Shown here in pieces: positions 18,800 to 28,601 of a stretch of DNA of 64,000 bases. The stretch spans positions 15,991 through 79,990 of the forward strand of contig JAQGHG010000005.1 in the NCBI GenBank assembly GCA_028288925.1, in the 5' to 3' direction. A program made the position numbers and the translations under genes. The stretch comes from Patescibacteria group bacterium. GTDB taxonomy: Bacteria; Patescibacteriota; Saccharimonadia; UBA4664. Under the pieces are notes generated by a model. That model was not told where the DNA came from and did not search any database. It saw only the letters and a program-made list of their open reading frames with translations. The first letter of the stretch is position 1. Every line of letters starts with the position of its first letter.

Positions 18800-20301
18800 T
18801 ATTCGACGATTTCTCCACCTAATATTTCGAGAGCTGATGATACAAGTTCGGCGCTGGGGTCGGGTTTGGTGCTCTTGCGGCGGGCGCCGGATTTGCCGTC
18901 GTCTTCGGTGCGGGCGTGGACCCTGATGGCCCGGCCGTAGACTTTGGTGGCGGCCGCTTCGATGGATGTTCGGTTGGTACCTTTCAGAAAGAGGTCACGA
19001 TGAAAATTGAAGCGGGGTTTAATAGTAACCTCCCCATCGCCAAAGTCAACGGGATACATCTGGAGCAGAGCGCCGAGGGAGTTGTTGTTGGATTTAATGA
19101 GCACCAGAACTTTGGGCCATAATTCCGGCTGGAGGTTGCCGGCGGTGGCCGCTGGTGGCGCTGGAGTTTCGGCCGGGGCCGGTTGTTCCGGTGCTTTGAC
19201 GGCGGCGGGAGCCACCGACGCTATCCGGCGGGCGCCGGGCTTGGGTTCGGCTGGTTCGTGGGGCGCCGCGAGCCTGACCACGGTGGCTTCGAGGCTGAGC
19301 TGCGGCCAAGCCGACCGGGTGATCTCCAGCAGGGCTTCGACGATCTGGGCCACACGGGCCGGTGCCACGCTGCCGGCGAGCTCTTGGACTACCGGTTCGC
19401 TGGGTTCGGCAGTTTTGGCTCCGGCCAGCAGGATGGCACGCCACTGGGTGGCGAGCTGGGTGGCGACCTGGCCGGGCTGGGCGCCCTGGGCTTCGAGCCG
19501 GGCTAGCACGGTGAGCGCGGCCGGAGCGTCGCCACCGGCGATGGCGCGGCTGAGCGTGGCGATCTCTTCGGCATCGGAGTAGCCCAGGAGGCCGCGCACG
19601 GTTTCGGCGGTGATCGGCGAAACGCCGCTGGCGGCCAGCTGGTCGAGCAGGCTAATGGCGTCGCGAAAGCCGCCGCGCGAGGCTTCGGCGATGATCTCGA
19701 GCGCGGCCGGTTCGGTCTGGATATCTTCGGCTTTGGCAATACTGGTCAGGTGGCTCACGAGATCGCGCATGCCGATGGCTTTAAAGTTAAAGCGCTGGGT
19801 ACGCGAAATGATGGTCTCGGGAAGCTTGTGGGCTTCGGTGGTGGCCAAAATGAACACGGCGTGCGCCGGCGGTTCCTCCAGCGTCTTGAGGAGGGCGTTA
19901 AAGGCCTCGGTGGTGAGCATGTGGACTTCGTCGATGATGTAGATTTTGTACTTGCCCTGGCTGGGCGCGAGGCTGACCTTTTCGCGCAGATCGCGGACGG
20001 CGTCGATCGAGCGGTTGCTGGCGGCGTCGATTTCCACCACGTCGAGCGAGGAATTGATGGCGGCTAGACAGTTGGCACACATATTGCAGGGTTTTTGGTC
20101 CGCGCTGGTGCAATTGAGAGCTCTAGCTAGCAGCCGGGCCGTGCTTGTCTTCCCTGTTCCTCGCGGACCAGTAAAGAGATAGGCGTGCGAAAGCCGGCCA
20201 TTCGCGATAGCCGAGGTTAATGTCGTGACGACATGCTCTTGTCCAACTAATTCCGAAAAATTAGCACTGCGATATTTTCTGTAGAGCGCTTGACCCGACA
20301 T
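18799..20301 (-). CDS. dnaX: DNA polymerase III subunit gamma/tau
   Basis: N-terminus MSGQALYRKYRSANFSELVGQEHV...GPRGTGKTS with a Cys4 zinc module, and a Pro/Ala-rich C-terminus. Its stop overlaps the dnaB start (TAATG). Confidence 0.9.
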   Translation of the reverse strand: MSGQALYRKYRSANFSELVGQEHVVTTLTSAIANGRLSHAYLFTGPRGTGKTSTARLLARALNCTSADQKPCNMCANCLAAINSSLDVVEIDAASNRSIDAVRDLREKVSLAPSQGKYKIYIIDEVHMLTTEAFNALLKTLEEPPAHAVFILATTEAHKLPETIISRTQRFNFKAIGMRDLVSHLTSIAKAEDIQTEPAALEIIAEASRGGFRDAISLLDQLAASGVSPITAETVRGLLGYSDAEEIATLSRAIAGGDAPAALTVLARLEAQGAQPGQVATQLATQWRAILLAGAKTAEPSEPVVQELAGSVAPARVAQIVEALLEITRSAWPQLSLEATVVRLAAPHEPAEPKPGARRIASVAPAAVKAPEQPAPAETPAPPAATAGNLQPELWPKVLVLIKSNNNSLGALLQMYPVDFGDGEVTIKPRFNFHRDLFLKGTNRTSIEAAATKVYGRAIRVHARTEDDGKSGARRKSTKPDPSAELVSSALEILGGEIVE

Positions 20302-20366
20302 TCACCCACCTGTTACTTGATCTATTATATCTGAGTGGATGAAGTGCGGGTAGTGGATAAGGCGGG

Positions 20367-20900
20367 TTAGCTGGCGAGGAGTTCTTTGAGCTGGTCGATG
20401 GCCTGGCGGCGGTGGCTGATGGTGCTTTTGAGCTCGGGACCGAGCTCGCCGAAAGTCTGGTCGTAGCCTTCGGGCACAAAGATGGCGTCCCAGCCAAAGC
20501 CGTCGCCCCGAGGCGCGACGATGCGGCCTCTAATCTCGCCGGTCACGACGTGGTTTCGGCCCTTGGCGTCGCGGTAGCCGATGGTAGCGCGGGCGGTGGC
20601 GGACTGATCGGGGTATTTGGCGGCTAATTCGGCGATGCCGTCTAGCCCGAGGGCTTCCTGAAACCATTTGACGCAGGTGCCAGGCAGTCCGCCCAGGCAG
20701 TCGAGGGACAATGAAGTGTCTTCGACAATAAATTCACCATTGTGATACTGGGCGGCCTGGTTGAGCTTATGCTCGATAACGACGTGCGGATCGAGGCTTT
20801 GGATCTCGTCGAGATCGAGTTTGAGTTGTTCGATTTCGGGAATAAAACCTTGGACTTCGCGGAATTTGTTGGTGTTGCCGGTGACGAAGTAGAGTGGCAT
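20367..20900 (-). CDS. rdgB: Non-canonical purine NTP pyrophosphatase (RdgB/Ham1)
   Basis: FVTGNTNKFREV...FGWDAIFVPEGYDQTFGEL is a typical ITPase motif. Confidence 0.85.
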   Translation of the reverse strand: MPLYFVTGNTNKFREVQGFIPEIEQLKLDLDEIQSLDPHVVIEHKLNQAAQYHNGEFIVEDTSLSLDCLGGLPGTCVKWFQEALGLDGIAELAAKYPDQSATARATIGYRDAKGRNHVVTGEIRGRIVAPRGDGFGWDAIFVPEGYDQTFGELGPELKSTISHRRQAIDQLKELLAS

Positions 20901-21563
20901 TTAGACGTTTTCTCTTATAAGTAGCGGTGGGATCTCGCTAAGGCTGTCTATGAGATGGTTGGGCCGAGCTTGCTCGAGGTCTTTGCGCCGGCCAAATCCG
21001 TGGGTAATTCCAACGGTGAGGGCGAGATTGGCGGCTTGTCCGGCCTGGATGTCTACGACGGCATCGCCCAGCATGGCAGACGACTGTGGTTCGATCGAAA
21101 GTTGTTTGAGCGCTTTTTCTATACCCTCTGGGTGGGGTTTTCCCTGGGCGACTTCATCTCCGCGCACAATAACATCAAAATAATCTGCGATGCCGGTATT
21201 TTTTAATGACGGAATAAGTGACACGGTGCGACCGCTGACAATGCCGAGTTTAAATCCAGCTGATTTAAGTGCGCCTAGCATTTCATGTAAGCCTTCGTAC
21301 CCCTGGATGAGGTGAAGTATTTTCGGCCGGTAGCGATCGTCGGCGGCAATGAGAGCCTGGGGATCGCAGCCTGGCGCGAAAGCCTCGTAGCATTCGGCTT
21401 GGGACCGGCCGATGTAGCTGTCTATGAGCATGCGATCTATAGGCGGGTAGCCATGCTCCCGGAGGATATGTTCGTATCCTTGATACATAAATTCGTGAGT
21501 GTCGAGCAGCATACCGTCGACATCAAATATAGCGGCTTTTAGAAGGCTGGAGGCTTGTGCCAT
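20901..21563 (-). CDS. HAD-IA family hydrolase (phosphatase / phosphomutase-like)
   Basis: Motif I AAIFDVDGMLLDT. Start taken at ATG 21563 (MAQASS...), which overlaps the stop of the upstream gene by 1 nt (TAATG). Confidence 0.7.
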   Translation of the reverse strand: MAQASSLLKAAIFDVDGMLLDTHEFMYQGYEHILREHGYPPIDRMLIDSYIGRSQAECYEAFAPGCDPQALIAADDRYRPKILHLIQGYEGLHEMLGALKSAGFKLGIVSGRTVSLIPSLKNTGIADYFDVIVRGDEVAQGKPHPEGIEKALKQLSIEPQSSAMLGDAVVDIQAGQAANLALTVGITHGFGRRKDLEQARPNHLIDSLSEIPPLLIRENV

Positions 21564-22084
21564 TAGCCGATAACGGCCTCGATAGCGGCCCACTCGGCTT
21601 CGCCCTCTTCGGGGATCACCATGGTGACCTGGTCGCCGGGCTGGGCCTTGAAGTACGTGACGCTGGCGAAGAGGACGTGATACTCTGTGCCGCGGGCTTC
21701 TACGAAGTAGGCGCCGTCTTTGAGATTGAGGGTGCCGATGAGCTTTTTGCGTTCGATGGGGCCGATTTGCTTGTAGATGAAGGTGCCGTCGTCGCCGATG
21801 ATGAGCTTGAGGAGGTCGCCCTGGACGAGTTTAGACTTGCTGGCGTAGTTGGCCGGCACGGGATACGATTTGCCGTCGGGGCCGATCATGTGCTGGCCGT
21901 CGAAGGCGCCTTCGATGACTTTGCCGGTCGACATCGTGGCCATTTTGGCTTCACTAGGCGTGACGGTGCCGTCGGAACCAATGAGGCTGGCGAGCAGCTC
22001 CTTAGCTCCAGACAGGTTTGTTTCGGCTGTCTCGATGAGTTTCTTGAGGGTCTTGAGTTGTTTCTCGGTAATATCTGCCACCAA
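21563..22084 (-). CDS. Hypothetical protein
   Basis: 173 aa ORF starting at TTG 22084 (or GTG 22081). An AAAGGA SD lies 5 nt upstream and a good promoter precedes it. No recognisable domain. Confidence 0.4.
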   Translation of the reverse strand: MVADITEKQLKTLKKLIETAETNLSGAKELLASLIGSDGTVTPSEAKMATMSTGKVIEGAFDGQHMIGPDGKSYPVPANYASKSKLVQGDLLKLIIGDDGTFIYKQIGPIERKKLIGTLNLKDGAYFVEARGTEYHVLFASVTYFKAQPGDQVTMVIPEEGEAEWAAIEAVIG

Positions 22085-22116
22085 AATTCCTTTGGTATTG
22101 GTTTTCTGTTGGTCTA

Positions 22117-22145
22117 TTCATACTACGGGACGCGATTAATGTCAA
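22117..22145 (-). promoter_or_regulatory. Sigma70-like promoter for 21563-22084
   Basis: On the minus strand: TTGACA (22145-22140), 17-nt spacer, TATGAA (22122-22117). Confidence 0.4.
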
Positions 22146-22212
22146 AACATTTCGGTATTTTGACGGTATCTCCAAGGTTTGGACGAGATGTAGTATAAAG
22201 CTTTACCGCAGC

Positions 22213-22243
22213 AAAAAAACAGGCCCGGTTGGGCCTGTTTTTT
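22213..22243 (-). terminator. Rho-independent terminator downstream of rplL (bidirectional-capable hairpin)
   Basis: caggccc-ggtt-gggcctg stem-loop flanked by A7 on one side and T6 on the other. Confidence 0.6.
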
Positions 22244-22263
22244 GATCGGTCAGAGACGGAGAA

Positions 22264-22683
22264 CTACTGCATCTCGACGGTGGCGCCGGCAGCTTCGAGC
22301 TTGCTCTTGGCGTCGTCGGCGGTAGCTTTGTCGACGTTCTCTTTGACGGGCTTGGGGGCGCCGTCTACGAGGGCCTTGGACTCAGCCAGGCCGAGGCCGG
22401 TGATTTCACGAACGGCCTTGATGACGTTGATCTTCTGGTCGCCGGCAGCAGCCAGGACGACGGTGAAGGACGACTTCTCTTCGACAGCCTCAGCGGCTTC
22501 GCCGGCGGGGGCGGCAGCTGCGGCAGCGGGGGCGGCAGCGGACACGCCGTAGTGCTTCTCGAGAATCTTGACGAGCTCGGACAGCTCGAGGACGCTCAGC
22601 TTGTCGATGGTTTCGACCAGCTCTTTAAATTTCTTGGGAATTACTACTTCTTCGGTAGCTTCTACCTTCTCTTCTTCAGCCAT
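22264..22683 (-). CDS. rplL: 50S ribosomal protein L7/L12
   Basis: Ala/Pro hinge ([18 protein letters not shown]) and C-terminal domain ([27 protein letters not shown]). Confidence 0.9.
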   Translation of the reverse strand: MAEEEKVEATEEVVIPKKFKELVETIDKLSVLELSELVKILEKHYGVSAAAPAAAAAAPAGEAAEAVEEKSSFTVVLAAAGDQKINVIKAVREITGLGLAESKALVDGAPKPVKENVDKATADDAKSKLEAAGATVEMQ

Positions 22684-22696
22684 TTGGGGCTCCTTG

Positions 22697-23227
22697 TTAC
22701 GCTTTTGCTTCGCTCAGCGCGTTTAATACATTGATGATCGAACGGACGTTGCCGCTCATGACTCCGACGAATCCAGACAGAGGCGCGGCGATGGTACCGA
22801 CCACCTGAGCAATAAGCTGCTCGCGGGTGGGGAGGGTGGCCAACGCTTTGACCTGAGCTGCATCGAGGACCACGCCTTCGCCGGTGATGGCGCCCACAAT
22901 TTCCAGAGCCTGGTGCTGCTTGGCGTACTGGAAGATAACGCGGGCCGGAGCCACTTCGTCATCGAATCCCAGCGCCAGAGCCATCGGGCCTGTAAAACTG
23001 GTGGGGTCGACATCGGCCAGCGCGGGGTTGTTTTTGGCGGCTAGGCGCAGCAGCGTGTTTTTGGTCACCCGGTAGGTGATACCTTCATCGCGCAGCAAGC
23101 CTCGCAGCTCTTCAACCTCGGGCACGGTCAGCCCTCGATAGTCGGTCATGACGGCCAGTTTGATGCGGCCTAGATCATCCGATAGCTTGGCTACCGCTTG
23201 CTCTTTTGCCTCACGAGAAATGGCCAT
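22697..23227 (-). CDS. rplJ: 50S ribosomal protein L10
   Basis: [19 protein letters not shown]... Start re-assigned to ATG at 23227; the track ORF carries a spurious N-terminal extension. Confidence 0.85.
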   Translation of the reverse strand: MAISREAKEQAVAKLSDDLGRIKLAVMTDYRGLTVPEVEELRGLLRDEGITYRVTKNTLLRLAAKNNPALADVDPTSFTGPMALALGFDDEVAPARVIFQYAKQHQALEIVGAITGEGVVLDAAQVKALATLPTREQLIAQVVGTIAAPLSGFVGVMSGNVRSIINVLNALSEAKA

Positions 23228-23394
23228 GTCATTCCCTTTCTCATTAAAAAATCTCTCGGTGCTTCGCCAAGAGACAGTTCCAAGTGTTCCGGATATTCTA
23301 AAATCTGGATCGCCTCGGTAGCGCATTAAGCTCTTTGCGGAGCAGCTACTGTCTTTGGAGAACTTAGTTATTTTAGCTTAATGGGCTGTGGGCG
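23228..23394 (-). promoter_or_regulatory. Putative rplJ (L10) mRNA leader region
   Basis: A 167-nt untranslated gap directly upstream of rplJ. The assignment is positional only; no structure was verified. Confidence 0.3.
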
Positions 23395-23655
23395 TCAAGG
23401 TTTTGTATGCGCTATCGGATTGAGTGCGTGGGTTTGGGCTGCTTGCTCTAGGTCTCCAAATTTCTCGGCAAGCTCTTTGAAGCGTTTTCTTAACTGCTTG
23501 TCGCGTAGCTCGCCGCGATCACTGATGGCTACGAGGTCTTCGTTGATCATGCGCATGAGGCGATAGTTGTTTTCCGTAACAATCGCCGTGGTTATTTCTA
23601 TTATGTCGGCTCGTATGTCGGCTCGTAGTTCTTCATGGGTGTGATCAACTGTCAT
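23395..23655 (-). CDS. Small hypothetical protein (86 aa)
   Basis: An ORF co-directional with and upstream of rplJ. Charged and helical-looking, with no recognisable domain. Confidence 0.35.
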   Translation of the reverse strand: MTVDHTHEELRADIRADIIEITTAIVTENNYRLMRMINEDLVAISDRGELRDKQLRKRFKELAEKFGDLEQAAQTHALNPIAHTKP

Positions 23656-23708
23656 GGCGTCTCCTGAGTATTATTATATCGCGATCGCACATCGAATATA
23701 CCGAACGC

Positions 23709-23737
23709 TTGCCGAACATGCAACGGTTTGGTATGAT
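23709..23737 (+). promoter_or_regulatory. Sigma70 promoter with extended -10, probably producing a leaderless mRNA for the HD-domain gene
   Basis: TTGCCG (23709-23714), 17-nt spacer, TGgTATGAT (23729-23737). The ATG at 23744 is only 6 nt after the -10 element. Confidence 0.5.
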
Positions 23738-23743
23738 CAGCCT

Positions 23744-24343
23744 ATGAATAAGCCTTCTACATCTGAGATTGTGGCTGTGGCTAGCGAGCTTCTCGTTCCG
23801 ATGTCGGCGGTGGAGCGGACGATTCGGTATCCGGTTTTGGGCCGGTGGGAGAACGACGCGGATCATAGCTATCTGCTAGCGACACTGGGCTGCGCTTTGG
23901 CCTGTCAGATTGATCAGAAGCTTGATCTTGGCAAGATTAGCCAATACGCGCTGGTTCACGATTTAGTGGAGGTGCATGCCGGCGATACTACGATTTGGGC
24001 GGAGGAAGAGTGGCGCGAGAGCAAGACTCGGAGAGAGGCTGACGCATTACAGCACATCGAGAAGAGGTTTGGTACTTCTTTCCCGTGGATTGCTAAAACA
24101 ATCCATGTGTATGAGCGGCTTGATGAACCGGAAAGCTGCTTTGTCTACGCCCTTGATAAGCTCTTGCCCTATATTGTTATGGATGTAGTCGACCACCAGC
24201 CGTTTCCGCCTACCCGGGACGTTTATGAAGAAAAAATGGCGACGGCCCGCCAAAAGATTTCTCGCTATCCGAAGCTTTTGGCTTACTTCGAAGATTTGTA
24301 TGCTCAGCATAAGGACAAACCGCATTTCTTTGCGTCGGATTAG
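23744..24343 (+). CDS. HD-domain phosphohydrolase (YfbR-like 5'-deoxynucleotidase family)
   Basis: H...HD motif (ADHSYLLATLG...ALVHDLVEVHAGD). Start taken at the internal ATG 23744, which is promoter-supported. Confidence 0.7.
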   Translation: MNKPSTSEIVAVASELLVPMSAVERTIRYPVLGRWENDADHSYLLATLGCALACQIDQKLDLGKISQYALVHDLVEVHAGDTTIWAEEEWRESKTRREADALQHIEKRFGTSFPWIAKTIHVYERLDEPESCFVYALDKLLPYIVMDVVDHQPFPPTRDVYEEKMATARQKISRYPKLLAYFEDLYAQHKDKPHFFASD

Positions 24344-24423
24344 CTAGCTAGTCTTAATGCTTTTACCTGAACCGGGTGGTGAGCAGGCCATCGCGATCTT
24401 GTTGAGCGGCAGCGACCGACCAA

Positions 24424-24456
24424 GGACCCTGGAAGCAATACTCCAGGGTCCTTTTT
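24424..24456 (+). terminator. Rho-independent terminator after the HD-domain gene
   Basis: ggaccctgga-agcaatac-tccagggtcc followed by TTTTT. Confidence 0.6.
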
Positions 24457-24461
24457 CCGAT

Positions 24462-25745
24462 TTAGGCGGCTGGGCTTTCGGTGTAGTACCAGTTGAGCTG
24501 CTTTGCTAGGGCTGTGGAACGCTCTTTCGCGGCGTCTTCGGTGGTACGGCTGTGGGCTAAGTCGCCGATGAGGCGGCCGAGTTCCTTGGCTTGCGGTACG
24601 GTCAGGCCGCGGCTGGCGAGGGCGGCGGTACCGAGACGGATTCCGCTGGGCCGCCAGGCGGACTTGGTGTCGAAGGGTATCATGTTGCGATTAGTAATGA
24701 TACCGGCGCGCTCCAATAGGCGCTGGAATTCGAGGCTGTCGGTTTGCTCGGGGAGTTTGAGGAGGCAGAGGTGGTTCTGGGTGGGGCTGACAACGGTGAG
24801 TCCGGCTTCGGCCGCGCCCTGCTCCAACGCCTGGCAGGTGTCTAGGACGGCTTGGGAGTATTCGCGGAAGGTGCGCCCGTCTGGATACTGGTCTTCGCCG
24901 AGGATTTCGAGCAGGGCCTGGCCGGTAGCGGCAATCTGGTGTAGGTGTGGGCCGCCCGAAGTGCCGGGGAAGATGGTTTTGTTGATGGTGGGCATGTGCT
25001 GGGTCTTGGCGAAGAGCATGGCGCTGCGTGGTCCGCGGAAGGTCTTGTGCGTGGTCATGGAGACGAAGTCGGCGCCGGCGTCTCCCGCCTGGAACGGCGT
25101 GTCGTGCAGACCGGCCGCGACCAAGCCGTTGATGTGGGCGATGTCGGCTAGTACCAGGGCGCCGGCTTCGTGGGCCCACTTGGCCATTTGGGCAAATTCG
25201 TATTTACGCGGATAGGCCGAGAAACCCAAGATTACCAGTTTTGGCTTGTGCTCGCGTAATTTGGCGCGGTAATCATCTTGGTCGATCTCGAAGGTTCCGG
25301 GCGCGGTTTCGGTGACATCGTAGTTTACGAGCTTGAAAAATTTGAGAAAGTTGGAGGTGGCGTGCATGTGGGAGAGGTGTCCACCATTGGCCAGATTGAG
25401 GCTCATGATGGTGTCGCCGGCCTCGAGCATGGCCAGGAAGACCATGGCGTTGGCGGGTGAGCCGGACAGCACCTGGACGTTGACGCCGTATTCGCCGGTT
25501 TTATCGAAGACCTCAAGCGCCTTTTGTTGGACGTAGGTTTCCATCTCGTCGGCGTGAATGTTTCCGGCGTAATAGCGCTTGCCGGGGGTGCCTTCGGCGT
25601 ATTTGTTCATCCAGACGCTGCCGAGGAGTTGGAGTACCTTGGGTGAGGGATAGTTTTCGGAGGCTATGAGGTTGAGCGTATCGCGTTGTTTGGCGAATTC
25701 TTGGGCGGTGAGCTGAAAAAGCTTGTTCTGGTTGGTTTGAACCAT
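24462..25745 (-). CDS. glyA: Serine hydroxymethyltransferase
   Basis: Full-length SHMT (427 aa) with a PLP-lysine region (...SMTTHKTFRGPR...). AAGGAG SD lies 8 nt upstream. Confidence 0.9.
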   Translation of the reverse strand: MVQTNQNKLFQLTAQEFAKQRDTLNLIASENYPSPKVLQLLGSVWMNKYAEGTPGKRYYAGNIHADEMETYVQQKALEVFDKTGEYGVNVQVLSGSPANAMVFLAMLEAGDTIMSLNLANGGHLSHMHATSNFLKFFKLVNYDVTETAPGTFEIDQDDYRAKLREHKPKLVILGFSAYPRKYEFAQMAKWAHEAGALVLADIAHINGLVAAGLHDTPFQAGDAGADFVSMTTHKTFRGPRSAMLFAKTQHMPTINKTIFPGTSGGPHLHQIAATGQALLEILGEDQYPDGRTFREYSQAVLDTCQALEQGAAEAGLTVVSPTQNHLCLLKLPEQTDSLEFQRLLERAGIITNRNMIPFDTKSAWRPSGIRLGTAALASRGLTVPQAKELGRLIGDLAHSRTTEDAAKERSTALAKQLNWYYTESPAA

Positions 25746-25811
25746 TATGGAATCTCCTTAGTCGCGGTCAGTAATGATCGCGGTTAGCGGCCGGTCATAC
25801 GTTGCTGCTTT

Positions 25812-25826
25812 TTAAGGGTGTTTCAT
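25812..25826 (-). promoter_or_regulatory. Mini-ORF MKHP-stop (ATG AAA CAC CCT TAA), copy 1, 66 nt upstream of glyA
   Basis: Reverse complement of ttaagggtgtttcat. The same tetrapeptide mini-ORF recurs at 26491-26505 and 30034-30048. Confidence 0.45.
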
Positions 25827-25886
25827 GGCGTAAAAATTGAGCTTAATCAGTATAGGGTTTAAGTGTACCAGATTGTTAGTGAGGTC

Positions 25887-26438
25887 CTAATTGGCGGGGC
25901 TTTGCATGAGCCGGAATAGTTCATCACGCGCTGCGGGTTTGACTTTGTACTCACCTATTAAGCATGATGTCGTGGTTTGAACGCCGGATTTCTGGATACC
26001 TCTCATCTCCATGCAGAGGTGCCGGGCTGTCAGCTCTACTGCTACGCCTTTTGGGCTGAGCTCATTCTCGAGGAAGCGTGCAGTTTGGGTTGTGATCCTC
26101 TCCTGGTTTTGAAGTCTGCGGCTAAAGTGGTCGAGCGTGCGGGCGAGTTTTGAGAGCCCGACAATCTTGGTTGACGGGATGTAGGCTATGGTTCCATGTC
26201 CGAAGAATGGGACCAGATGGTGCTCGCAGATGCTATAGAAAGGTATGCCGGCCTGAACGATCATTTCGTCGTACCCGTCGCTCTCGAATGTGGTCATCGT
26301 GAAAGGCTTGGGTTGCATAAACTCGGTGAGGAATTTTTCGTGGCGTCTGGGTGTGTTTCGGAGCCCTTCGCGGCTAGGCTCACTATCAATATGGCCAATG
26401 AGATGCCGGATGGCTTCCTCGGTAGTAATGGTAGTCAT
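25887..26438 (-). CDS. folE: GTP cyclohydrolase I
   Basis: 183 aa with the FolE core (...SICEHHLVPFFGHGTIAYIP...). Confidence 0.9.
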   Translation of the reverse strand: MTTITTEEAIRHLIGHIDSEPSREGLRNTPRRHEKFLTEFMQPKPFTMTTFESDGYDEMIVQAGIPFYSICEHHLVPFFGHGTIAYIPSTKIVGLSKLARTLDHFSRRLQNQERITTQTARFLENELSPKGVAVELTARHLCMEMRGIQKSGVQTTTSCLIGEYKVKPAARDELFRLMQSPAN

Positions 26439-26490
26439 AAAACTATCCTTGCTTGATTAAGCGGTATGGGTGACTTGAGTTGAGAGAGGT

Positions 26491-26505
26491 TTATGGGTGC
26501 TTCAT
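26491..26505 (-). promoter_or_regulatory. Mini-ORF MKHP-stop (ATG AAG CAC CCA TAA), copy 2, 52 nt upstream of folE and 6 nt after the folC stop codon
   Basis: Reverse complement of ttatgggtgcttcat. A second CACCCATA lies 19 nt further downstream on the gene strand. Confidence 0.45.
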
Positions 26506-26511
26506 GGCTGG

Positions 26512-27771
26512 TTACTTACGGATAACTTCGTTAAGCATGGGTCGGATTTGGCGTATTAGGTAAATAGACCCGGTGATGAGCAGAGTTTTTTGGGGTTGGG
26601 CGAGGAAGCTTCGCAGCGCTTGGCTGGTTGTTGAGAATTCCCGTGTATAGGTAACTCCGGCTTGCTTGGCGGCTTCAGCGATAACATGCGCCGGTAATGA
26701 TTCTTTGTACTGATCCTGCTGGTCTGAAAATTCCGTGATGAACAATTTGGAGCATATCGGTGCCAGGGCGGCGATTCGTTGAGCGAGGACATACTCTGGG
26801 ACACTCACGAAGCCCATAAGGGTGGGCAGCGGCGCGAGGCCTTGATTGGCCAGTTCGACGCCCAAGGCCGCTAGCTTTTGAGGATTGTGAGCCCCATCGA
26901 GGATGACTGTTTTGTCGCCGATATGATATCTCTCGAAGCGGCCGGGGGGTACCTGCGAGCTTACTTCCTGGATGTCGGCGGCGGTCGTAGCGGGAAGATT
27001 ATCCCGGCCGGCTAGATGGTGGTAAGCCGTGAGTGCCAGAGCCAGATTGCGTTGCTGAAACGATACGAGGCCAGGCAGGGGCGCGGCCCGTGTGGCGTAT
27101 TCTATGGTAGCCCCTTGCTCTTTCGCGCGTTGGCTGAACATACGGGCTACTCGCGGCGGTTGAGGTGAAGTAACAAGGTGATTGCCGGCCTGGATGATGC
27201 CGGCTTTTTGAGCGGCGATTTCTTCGATTGAGGTCCCCAAGATCTCGGTGTGCTCAAGGCCGATGTCGCAGATGACACAGAGTTTGTCCTCGCGGTTCAC
27301 GACATTTGAACCGTCGAGGAGTCCACCTAGGCCGGTTTCAATAATCGCGTAATCGACGCCTTCCTTGGCGAAGAACCAGTACGCGAACGCCATGAGCAGT
27401 TCGTAGTAGGTCGGTGCGATCTTCGTCGCCGCTACCTGGTGCATAAACAGGTCGAGCTCTTCGGCGAACCGGGCGTCGCTGAGCGGCACGCCATCGAGCT
27501 GGATTCGCTCGTTGATGGCGACGATGTGAGGCGAGATGGTCAAGCCGGTTCGTTTGCCGGCTTTCTGGAGGAGGCCTCTTATGAAGTACGCCGTGGAGGT
27601 CTTTCCGGAAGTTCCCGCTATATGTATGACCTTGAGCTGATTTTGTGGATTACCCAGCAACCCTAACAGTGTGCGCATGCGGTCGAGCGTGTAGTTTTCC
27701 TTCAGGCTAGTCTTCGGCACGAAGGAGCGTAAGGTCGCGTTGATGTCATAGTGAGTAGGTATATTTGTCAT
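26512..27771 (-). CDS. folC: Folylpolyglutamate synthase / dihydrofolate synthase (Mur ligase family)
   Basis: P-loop GTSGKTSTAYFIRGLL and Mur-ligase central and C-terminal domains. 419 aa. Confidence 0.8.
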   Translation of the reverse strand: MTNIPTHYDINATLRSFVPKTSLKENYTLDRMRTLLGLLGNPQNQLKVIHIAGTSGKTSTAYFIRGLLQKAGKRTGLTISPHIVAINERIQLDGVPLSDARFAEELDLFMHQVAATKIAPTYYELLMAFAYWFFAKEGVDYAIIETGLGGLLDGSNVVNREDKLCVICDIGLEHTEILGTSIEEIAAQKAGIIQAGNHLVTSPQPPRVARMFSQRAKEQGATIEYATRAAPLPGLVSFQQRNLALALTAYHHLAGRDNLPATTAADIQEVSSQVPPGRFERYHIGDKTVILDGAHNPQKLAALGVELANQGLAPLPTLMGFVSVPEYVLAQRIAALAPICSKLFITEFSDQQDQYKESLPAHVIAEAAKQAGVTYTREFSTTSQALRSFLAQPQKTLLITGSIYLIRQIRPMLNEVIRK

Positions 27772-28598
27772 GACAGCGGCTCTTTATCGGTGGATTGAAG
27801 CGCCTCAACAATGGCGCGGGTCTGGACCGCGGCCTTCACGTCGTGGGCACGGATGATCCCGGCCCCGTGTAGCATGGCGTAAGATTGGACGACGGCCGTG
27901 GCGACGCGGCGTTCTTCGAGCGGCGCGGCGACTCCATTTGTAGCTAGGGCCTTGCCCAGAAAACTTTTCTGCGACGCGCCGTAGAGGACTTTGTAGCCAA
28001 GTTTGGCGAAGGTTCTCATTTCGCGGGTGAGCTCGAAGCTTTGAGCGGCGGTCTTGGCGAACCCGATCCCTGGGTCGATGATGATGTTGCCGGGAGACAC
28101 CCCTAGAGTCTCCAAGTCTTGGGCACGGTTAAGCAGAAAGTTTTTTACCTCACCGACAACCCCGCCGGGATAGTGAGTCAGTCGCGACATGGTCGTGGGG
28201 GTTCCTCTGGAATGCATGATTACGACCCGGACACCGCTGTGGGCGACGAGCTGACGCATCATCAAGTCTTCGCAGCCATGAACGTCGTTGATGAGGCTGG
28301 CTCCAGCCTTGAGGGCGGCCGCCGCTACCAGAGGCTTAAATGTATCAATCGATATCGGAATATTGGTGAGGTCGCGGGCCAACATTATGGCCGGAATCAC
28401 CCGGCTCTGTTCGTCCGCGGCGCTAATGACCTCTGCTCCAGGACGGGTACTCTGGCCGCCGATGTCCAGTATATCGGCCCCCTCGGCGATGGCGGCCTCA
28501 ACTCGCTGACGCAGCGCTGTTTCGTTGCCGATGTTGACGCCGTCTTTGTTGAATGAATCTGGCGAAGTATTGATGATCGCCATAATTTGAATTGACAT
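27768..28598 (-). CDS. folP: Dihydropteroate synthase
   Basis: Pterin-binding TIM barrel (MAIINTSPDSF...DIGGQSTRPGA...). 276 aa. Overlaps folC by 4 nt. Confidence 0.85.
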   Translation of the reverse strand: MSIQIMAIINTSPDSFNKDGVNIGNETALRQRVEAAIAEGADILDIGGQSTRPGAEVISAADEQSRVIPAIMLARDLTNIPISIDTFKPLVAAAALKAGASLINDVHGCEDLMMRQLVAHSGVRVVIMHSRGTPTTMSRLTHYPGGVVGEVKNFLLNRAQDLETLGVSPGNIIIDPGIGFAKTAAQSFELTREMRTFAKLGYKVLYGASQKSFLGKALATNGVAAPLEERRVATAVVQSYAMLHGAGIIRAHDVKAAVQTRAIVEALQSTDKEPLS

Positions 28599-28601
28599 GG
28601 T

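Noticed and set aside
18799-20301. Programmed -1 frameshift site in dnaX
   Set aside because: I could not locate an A-rich slippery heptamer plus downstream structure by eye, so no claim is made.
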